Shown piece by piece: positions 9,897 through 19,486 of a stretch of DNA of 64,000 bases. The notes below the pieces were generated by a model, which searched no databases, had not been told where the DNA came from, and saw only the letters and a program-made list of their open reading frames with translations. A program made the position numbers and the translations under genes. How positions within the stretch are numbered: the stretch's first letter is position 1; every line of letters begins with the position of its first letter. Location: sequence record LC768500.1, one strand, 5' to 3'.

Positions 9897-12169
9897 ATGA
9901 CACAGCCAACTAAGAATCCTATTCCCAGTGGGAATATATTAGATCAAATTTTTAACGGGGAAAAGATCGACGAGGTGGTGAACAGCGATAATGAGCAATA
10001 CTCAGACCGTTTCGGTATTAAACGTTTCACAGTAACGGGACTTGCGAAGTTAGTTAAAGATCTTATTGCATCTATCTCCGGTGTGGGTGGCGCGGCTAAC
10101 GTAGGATTGGCTCAGGGAGGAAATATCCAACAGGCGATATCTTATATCACGCCTGAAATGTCAGGAATCGTCACCGGTGTCGGAAATGCGGATGACGACA
10201 CGTCAGCAATACAATGGGCTTTTAATCAAAACCTCCCCATCGTCTTTAACCCTAAAAAGGTTTACCACATAAATCCTGGGGTTATCACTCACGTCGGTGC
10301 TGTAGATGTCAAGGCCTCCACCGCTACCTTTGTTTCTGACGGTCCTGCTTTTGAGATCATAGATTGCGACGGTAGTCAATGGGACGGGGGTATTTTTGTT
10401 TCGCAAACTATTCCGTGGACCGTTGTGTACGATGCCGGGTTCAATGTGATAGAGTCCGGAAGATTGGGGTATGGTAGGATGCCTTATCAGGACAGCGGGG
10501 TCGATCCGAATTTTCTATATCAAAAAATAGCCTGCTCTTTAATTTTTAGATCGTCTGATCAGTCTGTGAAAGACGGACTTCTGGTTAAAAATATTAAAGG
10601 GAGTTACGCTAATATAGTCTGCGCTGGCTTTAAAAATACGGTTTTTGACAATTTAGAGATTAGAGGGGGGCTTTAGGGGCAGCTCTTCTTATCCTTAATG
10701 ATTGCGAACAACCGGTTCTTTCTGGTTTTGGGTGGAATGCGGGGGCGGATACAAGTAAAGGTAATAGTTTTAAATGGGGTAGAGGAACTAATCACATTAT
10801 TAAGAATTCGAAGTTTTTCGAATCCAGACAAATGGGTCTGGCCATTATGGGGTCGGATAATATAATATTATCCGATATTTGGACTTATGACAACGCCGAA
10901 TCCGGAATACAGACCGGTCAATATTCGGCAGCCTACCCCCAAGAATCAATAATTTCCAAACACATAACCCAAAAAGGATGTCTGTCGTGGGGCAACTATT
11001 ACGACGGGTTTGACCACGCCACCGTCACGTCTGGTGCCAACGGTCCTTATTTTGAAAAACACCTGAACATGATTGGTAACCAGGCGTTCAATAATAGAGC
11101 TACTGGGATGGTGGTCCAAGGAAACTTTTTACAAATTAATAATAATGAGTTCTCTGTTAACGGAACACACGGGGTTTCTATAAGAGATTCATCGGTTATA
11201 GATGTTTCCGACAATATCATGTACAAGAACGGAGCGATTTCCGGTGGGTATGGGTTGGTAGTTGTCGGGACCGATAGTTTGATTAAAGACAATACCATTA
11301 TTAACGACGAAACACTTGCAAACTCACATATTGTTAATATTTCCGTGGGTAATCAAGCAAGAAAAATTTTCGATGTTAAATTTATTACCTCCCTAATTTC
11401 AGTTCGTTCTTCCCCTACAATGGTTATTGGAAATGGTGTCGATATATCGTACACCAAAACAACTTCTAATGGAGCGGTTACATCCAGCGGTACAAAATCA
11501 AGTTTGGTTAAAGGGGATTTTGTCGCAGGAAAAACTAACAGTGAGTTTTACGATGATGAGTTTGGCGCTGTTCAGGCTTGGAAGCACCCTTATACCGGGT
11601 CGTATTTAAGATTAGGTCCCCTGGATACAGGCAGAACGACTAACGGGCCTTTTACAATAAGTTACAATAGGGGTAAAAACACAACTGCTCCTACTGGATA
11701 TTCTGATAACACAGGGATAGGGTCCACCGAATTAATATTTAATCCCACGTCGTTTATGCTGAATATCTATGCAGCCAATAGCCCGATAACCCCAGTCGTG
11801 GGTTACTCATTTAATACGACTAGTGTAAGACCAACGATTACCAATTTTGCTACTTTAGGAGAAAACAATTACCGGTTCAAAACTCTATATTTAAACTCCT
11901 TCGTTATTTCAGACTCAGGAATAATCCCTGAACAAACAAATATCGTTGATTTGGGTTCGGGCACAAAACGGATAAGAACAGGTTATTTTAACGCCCTCGA
12001 TCTTAGCACTTCGCCTAAAATAGGGAGTGGTGAAGCGGCGGTTATTGTTCAGCCTCCCGCGACTTCAACTTCGAATGGGACGAAGGGGCAGATTGCTTAT
12101 GATACCTCCTATATTTATTTGTGTGTTTCGGCCAATACCTGGATGAGATCACCATTATCATCTTGGTAA
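9897..12169 (+). pseudogene. tailspike 4 split by a 1-nt frameshift in a G6 run (phase-variable, pseudogene or sequencing indel)
   Basis: ORF 9897..10676 ends ...IRGGL-TAG; the frame of 10832..12169 is open from 10664; one extra G at 10665-10670 gives a single 757 aa ORF. Confidence 0.85.
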
Positions 12170-12178
12170 TAACATAAT

Positions 12179-12213
12179 TCGATATCTCGACGGATAATCC
12201 GTCGAGATATCGA
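12179..12213. repeat. 16 bp-arm palindrome followed by TATG
   Basis: TCGATATCTCGACGGA-TAA-TCCGTCGAGATATCGA. Confidence 0.8.
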
Positions 12214-12287
12214 TAATTTTATGCTGATCTAAATTCAGTAGACTTGCGCAAGTCTTTTATACTACATTCTTTTAAAGGAGTAACCTC

Positions 12288-14846
12288 GTGGCTACAACTC
12301 CAACTACGGGTGACATCCCCAGCAATGCTGCGGTGGACCTCAAGTTTAACTCGGAACAATTCGACCGAGTAATGAATTCTGACGATCTGACTTATACGGA
12401 TCGTTTTGGTAAAAAACGCATTACAATGAAAGGGGTTCAGGAACTCGCTAATGGCTTCCAGGATACTTTCACCAATCTGTTGGGTTCTCCCGACGGGTTT
12501 AAACTGATCGGCGGAGTAAAGTCTTTTGACACCCTGAGATCAACCCCAGTGAAAACCGAAGGTCAGCGTATTTTCCTCAAGTCTTACTATCAAGATGGAG
12601 TCGACGGCGGTGGGCTCTTCATAGGACACATCGGAACCAAGTTAGATGACTCCGGAACCGTTGCCCAGGGAGTTAACTACTACTGGGAGCGAGTTCTAGG
12701 CGGAATTACACCCACGGTAGAGATGTTCGGTTGCCCTAACAGCACGACTGTTGACGCCGGCCCTTATATCACTTTAGCGCTAGGAGTTGTTGGCGAAGTA
12801 CGTTTACAGGATAGAACGTATTACGTGGACTCGGCGGATATTCCATCGGGCAGCAGGATTGTTTCTTTGGGTGGGGCTGTGATAAGGCCGTTAACCTCCA
12901 ATGCTTCTGCTAAATTTAACCTAGGTTCTGGAAGAGAAAAAATAAGATTTGAGAATATTAAATTCTCTGATCCGGCCGGCCTCGTTACCAGTGAAGACGC
13001 CCTTTTAATAAATGCCGAAAGCATCACCGGATTGACTATTACCAATTGCACCTTTGAAGGTTTAAAGCAGCGTTGTGTTAGAGTTAGAAATGGTTCCGGG
13101 ATAAAAATTACCGATAACAAATTCAGAGGAAGTCTCCCGCATTCTCAATTAAGCGATGAAAGATCCGCTGAGATTTATCTGGTTGACACCCTAGCACACG
13201 TGATCGTCTCTAATAATCAGTTCTATGGGACCGACAGTGGGTTATGGGGGTCTAGAGAAATTGGGGTGTTTGTTCACGCGGTTACGTCAGGGGCGTATTG
13301 GAATGACGTGCATATCGTGTCCAACTACTTCGAAAACTATCGTCGGTTTGGTATAGGCGTGGGAACTCAGGATATAGGAACCCTAGACCAGTTATCAAAA
13401 AATGTATGGATTACCGAAAATACAATTATTAACTCCGGCCAAGAAGGGATCAAAATGAAAGCCGGGTCGATAGTCCATGTTGATAACAACACTGTCGACG
13501 GATTTGAAGGAATAATGGCTGAGGTGCCGGATTCCTTGAACGGCGGAATTTTCATGCAAATTAACGCCGAGTCTACTTGTAACGGCAACCGTATTTATGG
13601 GAAAAATAAGAAGTTATGGTCCGGTGCCGTAACTTCGGCCACTGGTACAACAGTTTCTCTTCCCACAAGTAACTGGACGACATATACGATATCAGCAACC
13701 CAAGGTAGCGGAGTCAGTACCATTGCCGGCAAGTATGTTTATATAAGTTCAGGAACTGGAGTGGGTCAGTGGCGCCGGATTTCTAGCTGGAACAGCACGA
13801 CCAATATGGCTACCGTCAACACCGCATGGACGACCGTTCCGGATACGACCAGCGTGATAGAAGTTTATAGCAACCCCTCCATGGGCATAAAGTATCGCGG
13901 GAATAACACGGGTGGGTCCACCTGGGCCGATAGTAGAACCGCAAGATGCTTCCAAAGCATGAACAACTATGTGGAAGGCTGCGAGGTGGGATTTGGGTTA
14001 TCCGAACCCCTTTTCAATTGCCAATTCGGCTCACTTCATGCCCAGAACTGTAGAGCGATACTAAAAACTTATTCTGGAACGCTGAAAACAACCCGCGGGA
14101 TTCAGTTCTTTGGACTGACGGGCCAGTATCTTGACTACCCGTCCACTGACAACTCATCCGCCATAACCTTTACAGACTGTAGCCAAATCGAAATACATGG
14201 CTTAAAAATTTCTGGAAGTTATTACGATGGGTTGAGGTTATCAAATGTCGACAACTTTAAAATTTTCGGCGGTGTTGTGGAAGGATGCGGGATGGGGGTC
14301 AGCGGTCGTTACGGCCTGGCTATTGCTGGTGGTGTGACTAACTTCGAATCACACGGTGTGACCTACGGCGGGGCCAATGCGGGAGCTGGACAAAGCTACG
14401 CCGCATTTTTCCAGAATACTAATAGCGGAATATCCTTCTTCGGCGGCAGTATGCTGGGTAACGTTGCGGGAGTGTTTAACCCAGGGTCGTCTGGAGCTCT
14501 GTATCCTCCAAGAGATACTGTCTTTAGCGGGGTAGCTGGGGCGGGTCAGATTAAGGGCGTGACTCTCGTAGATAATGCGTCCAAAGTAATTGTCCCCGGT
14601 ACTGATAAAGACACTGTTTTATTTAATACCGCGCTGACCGCGATTAGAACAGTAACTTTCTCCACAGCCTTTGTTGAAGATGGTTGCGTGTACACCATCT
14701 GTAGATCGGCCGCCGCCACGGGGAGTTTTGCTCTCAACGTAGTGACCGCGGTAGGAACACAAGCCCTCGCAGCAGGCTCCTACCTAAGAGTTATTTACTC
14801 GAGTACGCTAGGTTGGATTCCTGTTTCCTACGGTTTATTGAGTTAA
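12288..14846 (+). CDS. tailspike/depolymerase 5
   Basis: GTG start after AAGGAG; anchor; second domain (EGQRI..FIGH..YWER) shared with tailspike 1. Confidence 0.85.
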   Translation: MATTPTTGDIPSNAAVDLKFNSEQFDRVMNSDDLTYTDRFGKKRITMKGVQELANGFQDTFTNLLGSPDGFKLIGGVKSFDTLRSTPVKTEGQRIFLKSYYQDGVDGGGLFIGHIGTKLDDSGTVAQGVNYYWERVLGGITPTVEMFGCPNSTTVDAGPYITLALGVVGEVRLQDRTYYVDSADIPSGSRIVSLGGAVIRPLTSNASAKFNLGSGREKIRFENIKFSDPAGLVTSEDALLINAESITGLTITNCTFEGLKQRCVRVRNGSGIKITDNKFRGSLPHSQLSDERSAEIYLVDTLAHVIVSNNQFYGTDSGLWGSREIGVFVHAVTSGAYWNDVHIVSNYFENYRRFGIGVGTQDIGTLDQLSKNVWITENTIINSGQEGIKMKAGSIVHVDNNTVDGFEGIMAEVPDSLNGGIFMQINAESTCNGNRIYGKNKKLWSGAVTSATGTTVSLPTSNWTTYTISATQGSGVSTIAGKYVYISSGTGVGQWRRISSWNSTTNMATVNTAWTTVPDTTSVIEVYSNPSMGIKYRGNNTGGSTWADSRTARCFQSMNNYVEGCEVGFGLSEPLFNCQFGSLHAQNCRAILKTYSGTLKTTRGIQFFGLTGQYLDYPSTDNSSAITFTDCSQIEIHGLKISGSYYDGLRLSNVDNFKIFGGVVEGCGMGVSGRYGLAIAGGVTNFESHGVTYGGANAGAGQSYAAFFQNTNSGISFFGGSMLGNVAGVFNPGSSGALYPPRDTVFSGVAGAGQIKGVTLVDNASKVIVPGTDKDTVLFNTALTAIRTVTFSTAFVEDGCVYTICRSAAATGSFALNVVTAVGTQALAAGSYLRVIYSSTLGWIPVSYGLLS

Positions 14847-14854
14847 TTAATCCA

Positions 14855-14878
14855 AGAGGGAGATTTAGATCTCCCTCT
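14855..14878. terminator. hairpin between tailspikes 5 and 6
   Basis: AGAGGGAGAT-TTAG-ATCTCCCTCT. Confidence 0.5.
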
Positions 14879-14894
14879 ACCTAAAAGGTGAGTT

Positions 14895-16412
14895 ATGACT
14901 ACCCCAACTAATAACAATATACCGAGTAACTCGGTTCAAGACCGATTATTCAACGCAGAAAAATTTGACGAGTTTATCAACTCTAACAACACGTCTTTTA
15001 CAGACCGTCTTGGGATCAGCAGAACGACGTTAAACGGGATTAGACAAAACGTTTCTAATTGGATGACGTCGTTTTCCACTGAAAACGGGGCGGAGAATGT
15101 CGGATATAGAACCTCTAATGTGGGAGATGTTCTTTCCCGTATGAGGACAATGAGTGACTCGGGTCTTCCGCGTCCTTATCTGGGGTATTCTTCGACTAAC
15201 GACCTTGCTATTTTTACAGAGCAGGGCGCTCTTCGCGATACCGATCTTCTTTTGAATGGTTCGATCACCATAGGTAGGAAATTCCGTAGTATTCGCAGGC
15301 ACGCGACCGCATTGAGTTTACGAGGTGGCCGAGCTTCATCAGGAGATACTGGAGTCTTCAATGCTCAGGTTACGGGTGCGCAGAACGCCAGGGGCGTAGC
15401 TGCATATGGGTTGAATGATGGCGTAACATTATTTGCCGACGCCTTAGCTCCAGCACTGGAAGACTGGGAAACAGTTGATACTGCGTCATATACCGCCACG
15501 ACTGTTACGGTCAGCCCATCGGTGTATTCTTCTTTCCTGACCAACGCCCTAGTTGGTGACGTCATTCAGACACTCCACCCCACTAAATGTTGGGGGTTGA
15601 TTACCAGTATAAACAAAACCACTGGTGTGGTGACAGTTGATGAATGGGCGACAGCTGATGGGGCCACTCTAACACCGACTTCGGGCGTGGGGTTCAACGT
15701 CAACCTGATTAATAAAGTTTGGGCTATCAACGCCAACACTATCATTAACAGCAACTCTGCCGCCGATAATGCCGTAATATGCGAATTTGGGGCGGTGATC
15801 AATAAGTCTGGAGCTTCGCTAAACGGTATCGATATTCCGCTGCTCCAACAAAGCCTCTATGATGGTGTGGCTGGCGTACTGGTTCGCCCTGCGAGCACTT
15901 CAGCTAAAACATGGTTGTACGGTGTCCGTTCAACTAATAACAGAATGAACTTCTATGCGTCCGGCGCCACGTATAATAACTACGTATCGACCGGGTCTGC
16001 GCCAGTCGGAATAAGATTTTCTGGAATGCCCACTTATTCGATGGTGTTCAGCAAATCTTCCGATATGACAGATATGTCGTATGTTAACTCGACGATGATT
16101 TACGATGGATACGGTAGACGTCTGCGCAATATGACTAAGTACAGTGTGCTTACGACGAATACAACGCTGAATGCGCTCATTCCTTGTTATCTGATAAATG
16201 CAGCCGGGATAACTCTGACAATGCCGGCTATAAGTAATATGTCTTCAGGTCATTTTTACGAATTGAAGATACTTAGGGCTGGAACATACTATATCACCGC
16301 CAACGCCCAGGAAGTCAACGTAAGTGGTTACGCTACGTACCCTTTAACTGTCACCACCCCAACTAAAGTAGAGGTTTGGTACGATGGATCGACCTGGATA
16401 ATTGTTCCTTAA
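14895..16412 (+). CDS. tail fibre/tailspike 6
   Basis: Same anchor; beta-rich C-terminal tip ending YDGSTWIIVP. Confidence 0.8.
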   Translation: MTTPTNNNIPSNSVQDRLFNAEKFDEFINSNNTSFTDRLGISRTTLNGIRQNVSNWMTSFSTENGAENVGYRTSNVGDVLSRMRTMSDSGLPRPYLGYSSTNDLAIFTEQGALRDTDLLLNGSITIGRKFRSIRRHATALSLRGGRASSGDTGVFNAQVTGAQNARGVAAYGLNDGVTLFADALAPALEDWETVDTASYTATTVTVSPSVYSSFLTNALVGDVIQTLHPTKCWGLITSINKTTGVVTVDEWATADGATLTPTSGVGFNVNLINKVWAINANTIINSNSAADNAVICEFGAVINKSGASLNGIDIPLLQQSLYDGVAGVLVRPASTSAKTWLYGVRSTNNRMNFYASGATYNNYVSTGSAPVGIRFSGMPTYSMVFSKSSDMTDMSYVNSTMIYDGYGRRLRNMTKYSVLTTNTTLNALIPCYLINAAGITLTMPAISNMSSGHFYELKILRAGTYYITANAQEVNVSGYATYPLTVTTPTKVEVWYDGSTWIIVP

Positions 16413-16457
16413 CGATTTAACCAATATATGGACCATAAACCCATCTAGGGAAATATC

Positions 16458-16739
16458 ATGTCAGCCGAAAAACAAATTCTTCAACTTCAAGCTCAAATTT
16501 GCCACCTGCGTTTAGAAGGCGCCGAAGCCAAACGATACATCGCCGAGCTCGAATCGATTATCGCTAATAACGAATTGCAGCGTGTATCTATCGAGTTGGG
16601 TCGTATCGAGAAAGCCGAAGGTATGGAGAAAGATACCGCTCGGCAAGAAGAAGACGAGGCGGTGAACAAAGACATCGAAGATATCAAACGCGCAGAACGG
16701 GCTTCAGAAGAAACTCAGGCAGAAGAAGAACAGCAGTAA
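16458..16739 (+). CDS. small coiled-coil protein, possible tail-fibre assembly chaperone
   Basis: Heptad- and acid-rich; directly follows the array. Confidence 0.55.
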   Translation: MSAEKQILQLQAQICHLRLEGAEAKRYIAELESIIANNELQRVSIELGRIEKAEGMEKDTARQEEDEAVNKDIEDIKRAERASEETQAEEEQQ

Positions 16740-17120
16740 ATCCTTATAGTCAGTAGAATTGGGGGTATTTTTTAACTAACGTACCGTAGAGTTTGCCTCC
16801 AGAGCGTACGCTAAATTGGTTAATGTGAAGGTCCGATCTTTTGATTACACTGCCGATATGGGGTTCATTACTCAAGGCTGTAATTTTACAACCGTTACTA
16901 AGTGGGGTTTCCCTCAATTCGGGTCATTTGGTTTGGGTGAGAGGACTCAGCGAATGGATGCGATGGGCGCCGGCGCGGTAGCGGAATACATCAACACAGT
17001 TAATCAGGGTGTGTCGTTCAAAGCTTTAACAACTTACTCCGGGACATAATTCTAGTTATTTTCTACCCAGCCCTAATGCTATGAAGGTAAGGAGTTAACC
17101 CACACACAGCAGGTACTTAT

Positions 17121-17894
17121 ATGCATAATCGTAGTGTTAAGCGTGCTAACCGCGACGCTCGTCGCGAAGCAAGACGTCAAGATAAGTCCCAAAGTAGCCA
17201 ACTGAAACTGGTGGACAACAATTTCAGTGAAATAAATCTACCTCTTGCAAAAGCTGATCGGAGTAAGATTGAGCCGAAAACCCCAATGCAACAAAAATAT
17301 TGGAATGGGTTACACGCCCACGATGTCGTCATCGGTATTGGTGAAGCGGGTAGCGGTAAAACGTTCCTCCCGACTTGTTACGCTGCAGAACGTCTGCTGG
17401 CTAAAGACGTGGAAAAGATTATCGTTACACGACCAGTCCTACAGGCCGATGAAGATCTGGGTTTTCTCCCCGGGGATGTTAATGAGAAATTCGCACCTTA
17501 CTTCCGACCGGTCTACGATATCTTACTGAAACGCCTGGGTGGTGGAATGCTCAACTATTGCATGAAGCCTGGCGTGGAGAAAGTTGAAGTCGCCCCCTTT
17601 GCTTTTATGAGAGGTCGTACTTTTTCTGACTCAGTGGTGATTCTTGACGAAGCGCAAAACGTTACAGTTATGCAGATGAAAATGTTCATCACTCGTATGG
17701 GTGAGAACACTACGGTAATCATCAACGGCGACCTTACCCAGTGCGATCTTCCTAAAGGAGTTAAATCCGGTCTGGAAGATCTACTGGAGCGCATTGAACG
17801 AGATCCTGAAAATGGATTCCCGATTTATCGTTTCAATGCGGCTGATAGTGTGCGGTCAGATATTTGCTCCAAAGCCCTGAAACTTTATAAGTAA
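17121..17894 (+). CDS. phoH: PhoH family ATPase
   Basis: GEAGSGKT Walker A, LGFLPGD..EK, APFAFMRGRTF, ILDEAQN. Confidence 0.95.
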   Translation: MHNRSVKRANRDARREARRQDKSQSSQLKLVDNNFSEINLPLAKADRSKIEPKTPMQQKYWNGLHAHDVVIGIGEAGSGKTFLPTCYAAERLLAKDVEKIIVTRPVLQADEDLGFLPGDVNEKFAPYFRPVYDILLKRLGGGMLNYCMKPGVEKVEVAPFAFMRGRTFSDSVVILDEAQNVTVMQMKMFITRMGENTTVIINGDLTQCDLPKGVKSGLEDLLERIERDPENGFPIYRFNAADSVRSDICSKALKLYK

Positions 17895-17899
17895 ATTCT

Positions 17900-17936
17900 A
17901 ATAACTCCTACTCCCTTATCGGGAGTAGGAGTTATT
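17900..17936. terminator. CTCCTACT-family palindrome, copy 1
   Basis: 16 bp arms; 35 nt identical to 41330-41364. Confidence 0.8.
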
Positions 17937-17984
17937 TTAAACGCACCACGGTTATTTATGAACTTTTCATAAGAGACCGTAATC

Positions 17985-18452
17985 ATGAACCTCATGTACG
18001 ATAATTACTACGGAAAAGAAATACTTGGATTGGGTTTAGAGGGTGAAGTCATCACAATGCTAAATTTGGCGATGGCTGATATTAATCACTTCGCTAAGAA
18101 AAGCATTTCTAAAGATATCAACCCCTATCCGTTCAATCTGGAAGATTTTAAGCACAACCGTTTAAACGAACACTACTTCCTCGTTTTTGATGGGAAGAAA
18201 ATAGTGTCGATTCTATCCGTCGTTTACGCTTTAGAGCATCATCTCAAAATAGCTAAAATCTTTAACGTTTATACGTTACCGGAGTATCGCCATAAAGGAC
18301 TTGCTAAACGCAACCTAATCGCCGCTATCGTGTCGGCAAGATCAAATGGGTACATTGTGCAGTTAAACGTTTACAGGTCTAATAAAGCCGCTCAGAAGCT
18401 TTACAAGAGTCTCAAATTTAAACCTGTAGAATACACCATGCAGCTCGGTTAA
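17985..18452 (+). CDS. GNAT family acetyltransferase
   Basis: VYTLPEYRHKGLA acetyl-CoA motif A; N..A..LY..L.F. Confidence 0.85.
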   Translation: MNLMYDNYYGKEILGLGLEGEVITMLNLAMADINHFAKKSISKDINPYPFNLEDFKHNRLNEHYFLVFDGKKIVSILSVVYALEHHLKIAKIFNVYTLPEYRHKGLAKRNLIAAIVSARSNGYIVQLNVYRSNKAAQKLYKSLKFKPVEYTMQLG

Positions 18453-18560
18453 TTTTAACTACGTTATCGCCTTATTAGTAATGAAGAGAGAATACATTGT
18501 TTTAAACATCGGTTTGAAATAATACGTTCTCATTTTTAACACTAAGCGAAGGTAAATAAA

Positions 18561-19349
18561 ATGAAAGTAACTAAAGAACAATTGATTGAAGCTTTTAACC
18601 AAACAGTGGAAAAAGAAGAAATTGGTTTCAGTGATGGCAAAGAGAGGCTTAAACTGGTCTTAGACGACCCTAAGATGACCCCTCAGGAATTCGAGAATGT
18701 CGTGGGTTGGCTAACCGAGATCTTTTTCTCAGGAACCAATCTGCTGCATATTAATAACCAAACCTCATTAACAGGTGTTCTTTTCTTAAATAACGTTACA
18801 AGTCATTCCAAAGAACTCATTCTAACTAACTCTAACTTGCATAATACTAGTATTTCGGATAAAGGTCGGTGTGAGATTATTCATTCTAAGTTACAAGAAA
18901 GCTCGATTGCCTCTTATGAGGGAATTGGATCAAAGGTGATTGTTAAGTATAGCGACGTTATTGCCTGCCATTTAAACGGTGTTTTTATCGATCACGCTAT
19001 TGTCGTTTGTAGGGAAATTCGCGAAAGTATCACCCTGGAGAATTGCCATATTGCGCACTCAAGACTCTACTTTGGTCCATGTGAGATAAAAAATAAAAAG
19101 TTCTCGTCAGTTATCATCGACGCGGTTAATTTTACCGGTGATTATTTCTGTATTGGGTTAAATGGAGAAAACGCAGTAGGATATGTCAATGGAACTGAAA
19201 AACTAATTGTGGTGGGCGAAAAGAGATACAATCCCGGCAGTTGGGAAGAACAATTCGTTAATAAAGAACAAAATTTATTCATTAAAATGATGAATCAAAA
19301 GAAATTAGAAATGATGAATATGTTCTTCGATAGTTTGGCGTTTAAATAA
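18561..19349 (+). CDS. hypothetical protein with solenoid-like repeats
   Basis: 262 aa, repeating I/L-x-x-S/C-x-I pattern. Confidence 0.6.
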   Translation: MKVTKEQLIEAFNQTVEKEEIGFSDGKERLKLVLDDPKMTPQEFENVVGWLTEIFFSGTNLLHINNQTSLTGVLFLNNVTSHSKELILTNSNLHNTSISDKGRCEIIHSKLQESSIASYEGIGSKVIVKYSDVIACHLNGVFIDHAIVVCREIRESITLENCHIAHSRLYFGPCEIKNKKFSSVIIDAVNFTGDYFCIGLNGENAVGYVNGTEKLIVVGEKRYNPGSWEEQFVNKEQNLFIKMMNQKKLEMMNMFFDSLAFK

Positions 19350-19355
19350 TAAAGT

Positions 19356-19389
19356 TTTACTCTACCTCGGTTTCCCGAGGTAGAGTAAA
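19356..19389. terminator. bidirectional terminator between convergent genes
   Basis: 15 bp arms TTTACTCTACCTCGG/CCGAGGTAGAGTAAA. Confidence 0.8.
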
Positions 19390-19486
19390 GAGAGCCATCT
19401 GGATTATTAATGTCTAAGGAATATAACCGAGGAACCCAGCAAAAGAAACACCCAAAAATCAGCTAGTGAGTGTTCTATCGTTCTTT

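Noticed and set aside
10674-10676. Amber readthrough or recoded TAG in tailspike 4
   Set aside because: Reading through TAG stays in the wrong frame and stops again near 10865; only a frameshift joins the two halves. Other genes use TAG as a normal stop.
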